A model generated the notes under the pieces. That model saw only the letters and a program-made list of their open reading frames with translations, ran no database searches and was not told the origin of the DNA. 64,000 bases of DNA, taken from NCBI RefSeq assembly GCF_000150275.1, contig NW_002060944.1, forward strand, positions 2,394,152 through 2,458,151. Reading direction: 5' to 3'. A program made the translations under genes and the position numbers. This document shows, piece after piece, positions 1 to 12,800 of the stretch; position 1 is the stretch's first letter; each line of letters begins with the position of its first letter. Source of the DNA: Trichoplax adhaerens (lineage: Eukaryota; Animalia; Placozoa).

Positions 1-3000
1 TAAGAAATATAATATTAACAAGATAATTCAGAAGTTGAAAATCAAGATAGTACGGTACATACCTCTTCAGAATACTTGTCAATATTTTGAACAAGTTGAA
101 CCCATTTTAGTTTGATAGTTGAAACTGTATCTTTGACATCAAGCAAATCAATATCTAAATCCAATCGAAACATATCCACTCTGTAATTAATAAAATCATA
201 TCTCTGCGTATTGATAGCGTAAAGAATTACCTGAGCGGGAAGCAGCAGCATCAATTCGACAAACAACTTTAAATATCTCTAATAAAGCTATTGATAGAAA
301 GGAGATAATTTAGGATCCTTGTGGAAAAATCAAGTGGTTGGATATGGCTAAGTACCTCTAATGAACAATAATCCTTTATTGCACTGGACGATTTCTTGTA
401 ATATTTCATATTTTTTCGTCGACAGCAGGACATCAATTCCATTTTGTACATCTTGTAAAGCTTTTTCAAGGCAGCTATGCCATTTATTGAAAATAGTGTC
501 TGTGGGCTATCAGATACAAGAAAGTTAAATTCTGAGTAGTTCTATATACATATATCATTTAAAAAAACATTAAATCAGAATAGCTAAGAAGTTCACCATA
601 CATGTTTACTTTTTACCTCAGCATCTATGGATAACGCTCGATATCGATCAATATCATAGCTAGTTTCAATACAGACATCACTAGTCTTCCCTGCAGCCGT
701 TATTAGGGTTTGACTCTGAAATTTCTGAGTGTCAGCAGTCGATCCGGGCTGCAAGATATCAAGGACACTATCAGAACCAATTTCATTTAAATCTCCGCCA
801 ACGTCTGGAAGGTTACTTGTAAACTACATAGAAGTATAAGCAACATCGTAACTTCCGTGTAAATTCATTTATGATTTAAATCCAAAAGGAGTTACATTAC
901 GATTGAAATACCGTATAATCGCCAAGGTTATTGGAATCTAAATGTTTGAGGTTGAAAGTATTTTCTTCTTCTAGAGATTGAAAATTACGGACAAAGTTAC
1001 TACAGTCCATATATTTTAATCTGATCTTGTCCCAAATACTAGCATTGCCAGCACTAATGCTGCTACTATTTATTATTTTACACTCATTACCGAAATGGTT
1101 TACATTCTTGAATTTGCCATCCTTCGCAAGATCAACGCTAGTTACGGTAAATGTAGAAAAATCTGACCATTCCTCCGACTGTTTATCTGGTTTCGTAGTT
1201 TCTTGATTTTGATTTAAGGAATTTGACACAGAACTTGCCTTAAAATTATCTTTGGCCTTTTCCGACATAGCAGTAAATTCTTTATTAGATTTGATATTGG
1301 TTGGAAGGTTCGCATTAAATGAAGCTGTAGTAGCTGAATTGAACTCTCCAAAATCATCAAATTCATTCGTATCGGTAACTGGGACATTCTTAGGGTTTTT
1401 AAGGCTATCTTCTTTACTAGGCGACTGTTCATTTACATGCTTAAGAATAGCATAAGGATCATATGATAAAGCTGCAGATTTCTTGGTTTCGATCTTATTA
1501 GGATCATATAAGAGTTCATTGTGGATTTGATTAGATTTCGAGCTCTCAGTGGTAACTTGCCAATCAGAGATAGATGCATCGATTGCACTAAAATTACTAA
1601 TTCCAAGTATAGGTTGCTTGTCCGGTGCAGGAGTAGGCTTGAAATTGTCTTGGTGTTCCTGATTAACACTGTTAGATAGTAAAGGAAGAAATACCGGTAT
1701 TAATAGTTATAATCTTCTCATTGTTCTAAAGATTACATACCTAGAATCACTCATCAAATTATATTCTCCTTGATTCTTAGGTGTTAATGATGGATCGTTG
1801 TCAAAGTGTTTGAAGGCACCATAATCATCATCTATATCCTCAGATGTAGGTTCTTGGAAAGTAAACTGGGATTTATTATCAGGTTTCACAGTTATTTCTC
1901 GAAAGATACTGTATTTATCGTTCGCTGTAGTTGAGGATTCGCTAGGCTGCGATTGGAAATCAGATATAGGTGTCGAAAAGGCTTGCCAATTCTTAGTTTC
2001 AATATTTTTTGTGAAAACGGTAGGCTCAATACCAGGCTGCAGGTCTGCTTCGGGATTGTCTGTAGCGTTATACTTTGGTAATTGAAACGATGGTAACGCA
2101 GTTTCACCCTTAGTACGCTCGCTTGAGGCTGTTTCAGTGGTTAGAATGTCTATACAAAACAGTATATCATTATTCTCTAATGCGAAAACGCAAAGAATAA
2201 TCGTGACATTATCTTATACAAGCTCGAAGATACTTTAGTCATACCATTATCCAGCTTAATTTTAGGAATGGGAGCTGATGAACAAGTCTTAAACGAAGAC
2301 ATCAATTGATCAATTTCGCAGCCAGCCTAAGTTGAAGAGAAGTTTTATACACGTGCACATTGGTTGTAATTCAGTAAAATAGAAATTTTAAATTAGATAT
2401 CTATAACATCTCATAAAGGCAAAACAGTTACTTGAGCTAAAGCTACTAGACCAAGAGCTAGATATAATTCCTGCCGTTTAAGGGTACCAGGTTGCTCACG
2501 GTTCGATGTTTCCCAGATTTTATATAACGTTTTCTTGTTAACACCGGAAGATAGTAGAATCGATTTAATCTTTGTAGTGGTAACATCACCATTGGGAGCT
2601 GCAACCACTTCATAAACTCTCTTATACAACTGTGGAATTTCTGAATCTTGCAAGCACCAACTTGGATACGTGAAATTAATTTCTGTGTGATTATCTAGCG
2701 CGCCAGCAGCTCTGGAGACGGTATTATTGATACCTAACAAACTTTCATTCTTTATCGTAGACGTAATGGAACTTTTTTGACTCTTAGCCACAGTACTTGA
2801 AATTACTTCTGGAAACTTTCCATTCTTGTCAGATATGACTTGCTGCGTTAGAGAAGTTTTTGCAAGTGATTGCTTAGTATACTTCGTCAGCGAATCATTA
2901 TCGGATTTTGATTGGGAAATTACGGTAAATGATCCTTCAGGATATTTACTCTCAGCAATTGAAGCTATTTGGCAGGGTGTCTGTTCATGAGAAAGTTGAT

Positions 3001-5310
3001 GATTTTGGGAACTTTCATCAGAAAATCCTAATAATAAATTGAAAAAGCTTTGTATTTAGCTTAATATTGTATTTCGATCGTAAATGATAATAATACGAAT
3101 GATTTAGACTGATATACCACATGATAGTGGATGATTGAAAGCGCATTAGTATTCATTAAGTAGTTAAGAAATTGAGGAGTAGCTCTCTCATTAAGTCGTA
3201 ACATTGACAGAAAAATCGTAACTATCCTATAAGAAATTATGTTGAATTGGTATGTCAAAAGAAGATTCAATTGCTGCTTCAGCGGCGCAGTCTACAGGAT
3301 TTGTAGTAACTACAGTTAGACATACACTTCGGATATACCTGTCATGAAATCTCCAAAATCATCTTCGCCTTGTATTGCATTCGATGTTGCTAATGTAGGG
3401 TTTTGTAGAGGTGATAGAGTTTGATTTTCCGTTAATGCATTAGAAGTAACAATATTACTTGAAGTTTTGCCATACTGCGATCCATTGGTAAATTCACTAG
3501 AGCCAATAGCTTGTTGAAAGTTAGAAAAGTCATCTGTCGTTGGTATTGGCCCGTGAAGAGCATTGGGGATAGAAATCATTCGTACATCACTCATTGATGA
3601 CTGCATTGAAAAATTGGTAGGCGCAGTGCTAATGCCGGCTTTGGTGTTAAGCGCAGAAGGGGCACCTACTTGCTTCTGATTCTTGGGGGATGCGTTAATA
3701 ACGCTATCTGTTGTCCTCTCCCACATCGCGTTAAATGAAATTTGTGTTTGTGATGATAAATCCGGAGTTGTGACTCCCGATACGGATGGCATCTGGCTAA
3801 TAGTGTTACTTTGAGATTTCTTAGTGCTAATTGCTTTTAAACGTTCTTTTTGCTCTTGAAAGTACTGCTTGCGTTTAAACTCTTTCTCTTGTTCTATGAG
3901 TAATTTTTGTTGCTTAAGTTGTTGTTCGATCATCCGTTTGTGCGCGGCTTGCTGTTCCACGGTAATTCCCATCTGTTGAATGTTTGTGAGTGGCCTATAT
4001 GACGGTTGCTGAACGTTATTTGCTGCAATTTGTTGTTGCTGTTGTGGATAATAAATTTGGTGACGAATATTTTGATTTGGTATGGCTTGATTGGAAACAT
4101 TTCCGTAAATTACGTTTTGTTGTTGCATCATTACATCGTAACCCTGGGTGATCGTTTGCATGCCAAAATGTTGAGCTGGGGTGTGCCCGGTCGCTTGATT
4201 GTGTCTGTAGTTGTTACAATCGCCCATGGAGTTATCATAATACCCTTGTTGCTGTAGAAGATGAAATGAATAGATATTATAGGATTTATTATATAATTAT
4301 TATCTAAGTTAATTAATGTAAGGTTACTGCTCAAGTCAGTAAAACATTTCTGATACTGTAAACTAGTTTCCTGTATTTTCTATTTTTTGTAGTTTTAGAA
4401 AAGTCCTGACCTTAAAGTGAATATCGCAGTGATGCTGCGGCAGTGTACTTATTGACAATGAAATGTCCCTATTGGACATAGATACTATGTTGTACGTCAG
4501 GTCTAGTTGTACTGCATTTGTGAGCATCTTAGTCACTGCAAAGAAGATTAATTAGTATACAGTATGGTATAACTATTTTACAGGGAAATATGCGTAAATA
4601 CTCGTGTTAATTATACGAGTCAGTTGTTAAAACCTTCAAGGTCTAAAGTCTGCTCGATAATTGTATATATAATTAATTACAGTAATATAGAGTCTATTAC
4701 TTTACTGTACATCTAAATAATTTCTTTACAAAGTAACTTTTCGAGTAATCAACCAATTACCAATACCGTAAGCTACCTTTATCTCACATTGAAGTCACTA
4801 GAGCGGGAGCATCTTAATTCTGATTACAGTTTGCTAAGTCGCATGCAGTAGTTACTAGTTATTATATCATAAGGAAATGAAAGCTAAAGTGATTTCGTTT
4901 GCCAATATTCATTATAACTATATTTCGTAAATTGGTAACCAAAAGATCGCGTTATCTTGGACTGGTCAAAAATAAATAAATAACTAATTCCTATGTAATA
5001 ACCTTTCAAACCTTTTAATAGGTATTGTACAGACTAGGGTTCTTACAGGCAAACTTATGAGTAACCAAGCATGTCAAAGAATTAGATTAGTAACGTATTT
5101 AGTGATGCATAATGTACGCATCGAGTTTACATAGTCGATTTAGAGGCGTCACACTCAAATGATACTCTATAGACAGGATTCAGAATTGTACAGTAGACAA
5201 GATAGATACATGGTATAGTAAGTTCGCGTCTTTATAGGAAGGAAATTGAAGCAAGAATCTAGTATGCATCGTTCAATTTCTATGAAACCTACCTGATTAT
5301 ACGGATACAT
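1..5310 (-). CDS. SYNRG: Synergin gamma (AP-1 gamma-adaptin binding, EH-domain protein), multi-exon, 3' end beyond window start
   Basis: Inferred first exon ATG at 5310 (MYPYNQ|gtaggt) splices in frame to an acceptor near 4252 (QQGYYDNSMGD...). Q-rich N-terminus and coiled coil (RMIEQQLKQQK...FQEQKERL); EH-like segment (IPQLYKRVYEVV...ILLSSGV...LYKIWETSNREQPGTLKRQELYLALGLVALAQ); several gamma-ear binding motifs (DDFSNF, DDFGDF, DDYGAF, DDFGEF, EEWSDF). Confidence 0.85.
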
Positions 5311-5720
5311 GCCTATTAGCTAATTACGAACTTAACCGCAACTAGTACTATAGCAGTTGTGATCCGAAAGTTAGGTTAGATCAGCAGATCGGTATAGTCA
5401 GAGTTAATTCTTTCAGACTTTGGCAAATTCTAGGTGAACACAACTTCGATATTTCAACCAACACACAATCGTAATGCAGTACAATACAGTATGTATGATG
5501 GGTTATCGAAGCTTATTCTACTGCTGTACACCGTGTACAGTACAGTACAGTACATAATAAATATCTACAGTTTACGGTACAGTATAAAGTACTGTATACT
5601 GTACTGTATGCACACCGTGCAGTACTGTACAATCTACAGTATCAGTGAAAATAATGTCCGTCATGGAGGGACTACAGTACACAGTACTGTACTGCACTGT
5701 AATGTACTGTAGTGTGTAAG

Positions 5721-5985
5721 TACAGTACAGTACTGTACTGTACAAGTGACAGGAGAAGGGGAAAAATATCACTTAAGCTAGCGTGCAAATACTGTACTTT
5801 ACAGTATAGCAACATCTGCTGTCCATGCAATAATTGTCAAAGTACAGTATACAGTACAGTACTGTACTGTACAAGTGACAGGAGAAGGGGAAAAATATCA
5901 CTTAAGCTAGCGTGCAAATACTGTACTTTACAGTATAGCAACATCTGCTGTCCATGCAATAATTGTCAAAGTACAGTATACAGTA
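5721..5985. repeat. 129-bp perfect tandem duplication (2 copies)
   Basis: The unit tacagtacagtactgtactgtacaagtgacaggagaagggg...aattgtcaaagtacagta starts at 5721 and again at 5850. It appears as a 43-aa repeat in ORF 5712..6023. Confidence 0.92.
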
Positions 5986-6098
5986 CTGTACACTGTACTG
6001 TACAGTATAGCAATAATTTCTGATTTCTATATACAGTACACTACACTTGCCATCTAAAAATCGACTGAATTAATACAACATACCGTTCTGTATCATGA

Positions 6099-6218
6099 CA
6101 GGGACTCCTCAACCACCCCAGCTTCACAAAAAAGTTACTTTTGTGAAGCTGGGTGGTTGAGGAGTTTCTTTTATTTTCTGTTCTATGTTATGAAGCTGGG
6201 GTGGTTGAGGAGTCCCTG
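6099..6218. mobile_element. MITE-like element with 28-bp perfect terminal inverted repeats and an extra internal copy of the right arm
   Basis: cagggactcctcaaccaccccagcttca (6099-6126) is the exact reverse complement of tgaagctggggtggttgaggagtccctg (6191-6218). A near-identical right-arm copy lies at about 6144-6165. No target-site duplication is evident. Confidence 0.55.
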
Positions 6219-6842
6219 GCCATTTACTGAGGGTTACTACTGTAGGCGAAAACTTTCTACTTGCATACTGTACACTGTACAGTACAGTACAGTACTACAG
6301 TATTGTACTGTACATTGTACGGTACAGTACAGTACTATGGACTATGGACTACAGTACTGTATTGTACTGTACCGTAGAGTTATTCGAAAAAATTCTACAG
6401 TACTGTACGGTACAGTACTGTACTGTATAGTGTACAGTACATTGCTACAATATTTAGTATTGTAGTCTACTGTACAGTACTGTACTGTACTGTATGATAG
6501 TAGTGTTCATCTTTACAGTTAGTTAATTAAGTGATTTGCCCACTTGAGTTTAGGAGCTGAAGTTGACTATTGCCGTGGCGTTTAAAACCAGGGTAAAACC
6601 GGTTGTTATGCTGGCCAGCTGTTAGATAGATCTATCGCACAAGCAGTACAGTACAAGTGCACAATATACAGTACTGTACAGTACGTGCACTATTCGTACT
6701 GGACAGTGTACAGATACTGTACTGTACATTGTGTATTGGCATATATTGTACTTACAGAGTTACAGTACATGCATAATCATTTTTATTATTATTATTACTA
6801 TCAATCAATAACGTTAAATAGAAGCATTCCAGGTGCTTCGTC

Positions 6843-9800
6843 ATGTCATCGTCTTCGCCAGTAAATGATAATCTGGAAAAAAGCGAGGAGTTGTCCTGCA
6901 TTGATTTAGCGTTAGAAGGTGAACGTCTATGTAGAGCTGGTCAATGTCGCGCTGGTGTCCTCAAATTCGAAGGTGCAGTTCGAGTCGGAACTGAAGATTT
7001 AAAAACTCTTAGTGCCATTTATAGCCAGTTAGGCAATGCTTACTTTTATTTGCATGAATATGAGAAGGCATTACAATATCATCGGCATGACTTAACATTG
7101 GCGCGTACATTGGGTGATCGGCAGGCGGAAGCTAAGGCTAGTGGCAACTTAGGCAATACTTTAAAAGTATTAGGTAAATTTGATGAGGCGATTCTTTGTG
7201 CGAAAAGATACCTTGAAATTTCACGTGAAATTCAGGACAAGGTGAGAAAGAAATATTGATGGATAGGACGGTTACCGTAATTGATTCTTTCGGCACTAGA
7301 GATACTGTATACGCATATACCTACTTACATCTCGTTAGAATCGGTAATGTCTGTAAAATTGATTTATTTAAACCCCTCATTTTAACTTGGATTTCTGGTA
7401 CAGAATTGGCTGTTACTTTAGAGATATTCTATCATTTTATGTTCGTGTCTGATAGCTTTTGATACAGCACCTCATTCATTATTATGATTATTATTATTAA
7501 TTTTTTCGATCCTAATCTTGAATACGAAACCAGTATTGAGAGTGATTCCATTACTTATTGTTATCGCACTGGACTTATTTATAAGTTGTTGTACTATGCT
7601 GTAATGCCAATTTGGTGTATTTACAACAGTTCTCTCAAGGTTATTTATCCAGTGTCCTTAGTATGCCTTCAAAATACAGAGTATACTCTACATATAAAGG
7701 TGAAAGTAGAAACTAAAGTTTTTGAGGACAACTGTACGTAAACTGTACAGCTGTCTTTGTTACATACCGTAGGGCAAGAAACGACATATAGTGTACCGTA
7801 CTCGATGTCAGTTCTATTAATCAATTTAATTATATCATGCATACAATATTTTTCCATATCCCTTTGTATTTACCGTTAATGTAAGAAAGAACTTATGCCC
7901 TTGGCTCAGCTGACTGGCACGCATGATATGCTAATAGCATTTCAGAGCGAATACAAGCATCCGCATTTTTTAGGATCTATGCCTGTACACTGTACAGTGT
8001 ACAACACTGCCAAATTGCCAATATTATTATATTACATCGCTATATAATACGGGCTCATATTACATTTGTAATATTTCTTTACTAGTATTAAATAGGTGCC
8101 TAGAAAATACGTGATTGAGTAAGATGAACAAAGGAATAGGTCTTCATTACCTAATAATGCGATCTTTGTGATGATACTTAGGGAAACGCCGTTACTGGTT
8201 ATAAATGTAGCAAGGGAGCATATACTGTAATCTGTTTAACAGAACCTGATATATTGCATTAAATGTAGTATTATTCAAGAATAACCTAGATATAAAAATT
8301 CCAGTCTTATAAACACTAGCTTCCAGGGTTAAATCAATCGCTTTTCAGATTACAAATCGTCATTTATAATTTACTGTAATAAACAAACTGCGGTAAGAAA
8401 TTAATTGTTAGTTTGTTTGTTTACTACTGAAATACGGCACAGTTTAAGAAACTACAGGAATTAAATATATGTAATATAGAGGTATATGGGTGAGTCCATA
8501 GATGAATTTCTTACAAAACTCTATGTTCCCTATTTGCTCTCATTTCATCTAGTTTTTGATATCTTTTGAGACATTTAATTGAACACATGTATTGTGTTAT
8601 TGGCTTATATCTATATGCGTTACAATAATGTAACTAGGCATATCACTTGCTTACAAATCCATGATTATAGTAGAATTCCTTTAAAAGATGACAAATCATA
8701 GAATGTATTCTTGGATGGTTCAAAATGACTTGTGCTTAGCAGTAGAACAGAATATCAGCAGTTCGCTTGTGAATGTGCACTTTACTGAACCGTACTGTAC
8801 ACTGTACAGTGTACAGTAATTTAAATTTGGTGATAATGAATCATGTATACGTGTACTAGTGCGTACCGTAGTATTCTAATACATTTGTCGCAGCAGTGCA
8901 GTATGCATTGAGCTTATGGTTTCTGAAGGTATGAGCAACTTTGGGGTCAACTGTACACGAGTATTGCATTAAAAGAAGAGTTTGAAGAATATCATAATTT
9001 AATTTATTATTTTTATTGCTCTCTCAGTCAACATTATTACGTGATTCGTAAGATTTAACCTTAATTTTAATTATGTGTTCTCATTATATTGTAACCTACT
9101 GTACTTCGTATGCGTTGGCACTACAGTAATTTAAAAAAACTGGTAAAAATGATAAGTAATCATAGTAAACTTTTAAACTCATTACTTGTATCAATATTAC
9201 AGTATCTTCGTTGTCCTTTAACCGAATAATACAGTATAATAGGATTAACATTTATTTAATGGATATTTAGTTATAAGAGTTAAAAAGGATTACATCTTGA
9301 TAAGTGCGAGCTCCCATAAATTTGCGAACGTGCTGTGATCTTTGTATTACTGTACTGTACTGTATAGTGTACAGTATACGTGTACTGCATTATAACCATT
9401 GGCCTTGAGCTGTACGAAGGTTTACCGGACTGCTGAAATGTACAGTACATAAAATATCGGGGTAGATTGTTTAATTGGGAAGGTTGGAAATAAGGATCGG
9501 ATACAATTCCAGGATGAATTTTTTGCACGTTGTCGTTTAAGTTTCTAATTGGACTAGATTGATTGTAGTATCGTACGCAAATAGCACATTAATTAAATAT
9601 TATTATGCTGTGCGCTAAAAAAGTTAAATCCTTTCTGCGTATTAACTGTTAGAAAAAATTTTACATCTTTTATACAGTCATTGGTTTACTGAGAGGTTGA
9701 CAGGAGAACTTCAAAATTTTTAAGGAATGAATTACATAAATTTTATCAAATTACCACTGTATTTATGAGTTTATTTTCCACATTATACAATAATGGTAAG

Positions 9801-12800
9801 ATGATAAGATATTTTAATAAGCTTACTGGACTGTAAGTAACTGGTGACTCCTTGGTGTGAAGTGGGTCCCTTAAAAATAGAATTTATTAGTAAACCACGC
9901 TAATATATAATCAGTTACTAATACTGATGTACTTTATTGTACGGGTAAAGTAGAGATCCTAATATATCAATTGGATAATGCTATATATTAATACTCGTAT
10001 TAATGCTATAAACCACCATTACTGTGTATGATTGACGAATAATTCAGTTTTTATTGTTAAATATATGAATTGCAGTATTGAAATAACTCATGTACCGTCC
10101 GTCAGCACGTAAGACGGTTAACCGTACTGTAAAAAAATACAAATGATAATGTAAATTTATACTACGGGATTTATCACACGTTATAAGAAATTTTATTTCT
10201 AATCGAGATTGAGTCCTTGAAAATAGAATCGGCATAATTTCTTAGTATTGAAGTTATCGATTTTTTCATCGTTCTAATCAGTTTATTTAGGCATTAAGGT
10301 AACTATTGAGGCTGGATTAGTAGCACTATAGATTGTACTTAGTACAGTATTACGTTTATTTTATCAATCCACGGCATTTAAAGAATATGATAATCATGTT
10401 CAATTATTATTTGATGGTGTTTATCATACCGTATACAGTATCTCATTTCACGTATCGATCATTTATTACCTATCCTATAAAGTATAATGGCGTAAGGCAT
10501 TAAAATCCAATTTTATTTTTATCTCCGGTGGACGTTGATATAAATTTAAATGTTTTTAAAATCTTTATAGTTATTAAAGTTTATGACTAGCTTTTCTTGC
10601 GTAATAATTTTTATATCTGTACTAAAGAATTTTTTTGTTTCATTTATCGGATAGCATGGCGAATCGAATGCTTTATATAATTTAGGAAATATTTATCATG
10701 CTAAAGGCAAACATTCAGGTCGTTGTGGACATCATGAAAACGCAGAACTTCCACCTATTGTTAAGGATACATTAGAAAAGGCAATAAGCTATTATTGGTA
10801 AGCGAAATGCATTTTTTCCTGTGAAAGATTAACTAGTTTAGAAAATGGAATGACAATAGAGATTTGTATTGTAGCTCTTTCAATAAATAATACGGTATTT
10901 ACGACAATGTGAGGAGTGTTGCAACTTAAATAGTTAATCATAAAGAAATTCTTAGTTTAATATATTAGCAGATTTTGCTGTATTAACCGGAAAAATTACG
11001 TAACTAGTAACAATATGATATAAATTTTAAACATGGCACTAAAAGGAGTCGTTACTGAGAAATAGTGGATATTAGTATATTACTGTAATTGTAGCAGGAT
11101 AAGTTATCGATCTAGTGCTGTTTATTCCTATTAATAACTAGGCATGTATGTCTTTCTTTTTCAAGGCTATGTCAACGGCTATTAATTTTTGTATTATATA
11201 AAAATATTTAAATAATAGATGTTATGCCTTTGTATTTGAAATTCGTAGGAAAAATTTAGATTTATTGCGTGAATTAAATGATAAGTCGGGACAAGGTAGA
11301 GCGTATGGCAACCTTGGCAATACTTATTATCTACTTCGTAAATTTGATGATGCAATTAAATGCCATAAAGAGGTTAGGTCACCAAGCATTTTGTAATTAA
11401 TTCGCTTTTCGCAATAAAATTACTTTATAACATTTGATGGTTAAAAATTCAAAGCGAATTTATATATTTACATTGGGTCTTTGTTGTTAAAATTGACGCA
11501 AGATACTCACGCAAAATTTTATATGCAGCATATTTATGTCTTGATTTATATCATAACGGTTACAAATATTGTTTTAATTTGTTTTACATGGATACTTTCG
11601 GCAACGTTATTCTAGATAAATGTGCCATATCAGCGTATTTATTGATACCTTCTATTAAAACAATCTTATTTTAAATGTCTAATGTCCATAATAATACTAC
11701 TGGGTATCCGTGTCGTGATATTATGATTCATTCGTTCCCTGATACCGTAATGAAAGAGTAATACGAGGCATAAATTAGATAAATTGTCTAAATGTTACAA
11801 CGATGATATTTATGCTTTTTGCATTTTGTTGTTAACCTTATTTTGATCTAGAATAAATTAATTTATTATGGTAATTACTAAATTTTCTAACTCTTGATAA
11901 AGATAATCAATTTATTGTATGTTCCAATGCTTATTGGCTAGCGCCTAGATTTAGCTATTGAATGTAAAGATGTGTCTGCTGAAAGACGCGCCTATAGCAA
12001 TTTAGGGAATGCCTGTGTCTTTGGCGGAGATTTAAGTAGTGCGGTTGAGTATTATAAGTACGTATACATTAGCCAAGTATGCTTTTCGAATATTATACGA
12101 TTTTTGTATTGTTACTTTAGCATATTAAACTTATATTAATTGATCGGCTATTGTCTATTTATAGAAAAGCTCATACTATCTCGATAAAGATGAATGATAA
12201 AGCGATTGAGGCGCAGGTTTGGAGTTAACTGCATTACGTAGTATAAGATCATAGAAGAGATATAGGTTAGAGAATAATTAATTTACCTTATTTCCACATG
12301 TAGACGTGCTATAGCCTTGGAAATGCTTATACTCTCCTACGAAACTTTTCAAAAGCTATTGAAATGCACCGCATGCACCTTAAAATTGCTCAAGCACTTA
12401 AAGACCGGTAGGTATTTGCTTTTGTCATTACTAGCGAATTTACAGCAGTAAATGTGCATATTGAATATTTATTTAAATAAATTAATATAGCGTTGGTGAA
12501 GGCCGAACACATTGGAGCTTGACTAATTGTCATCAAGAATTAGATAATTTCTGGGAGGCTCTCACACATGCTAAAGAGCATCTTGAAATTGCCAAAGAGG
12601 TTGATATCGTAGCATCGTTTTAATCGTTAAAGTCATAATCATTATTCTCTATTATCCTTAAAGTAGTTTTAGGTGTAATCTAATTTAGTAGATACGATAT
12701 CTCGTTATTCAAATTGCAGTTGTTTCTGTATATTGGTAGATTGGAGATCAAACAGGTAGATTGACAGCCCAAAATAATATCTCCAGTTTAAATAAAATTC

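Larger units (their letters stand above)
5490..6770. repeat. TACAG/CTGTA low-complexity repeat island between divergent SYNRG and GPSM starts
   Basis: Dense runs of tacag/gtact/ctgta (e.g. tacagtacagtactgtactgtac) that generate spurious 'YSTVQYCT' ORFs. Confidence 0.85.

Noticed and set aside
5721-5985. CRISPR-like appearance of repeated units
   Set aside because: A plain tandem duplication with no unique spacers, in eukaryotic DNA with no cas genes.
5434-6465. ORFs rich in Y/S/T/V/Q/C (5434..5712, 5572..5772, 5712..6023, 6157..6465), and similarly 40343..40534 and 60663..60920
   Set aside because: These are translations of TACAG/CTGTA repeats, with no protein-like composition or splice context.
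7242-10654. Long first intron of GPSM containing several short ORFs (possible nested gene or transposon)
   Set aside because: No recognisable domains, terminal repeats or consistent exon chain.
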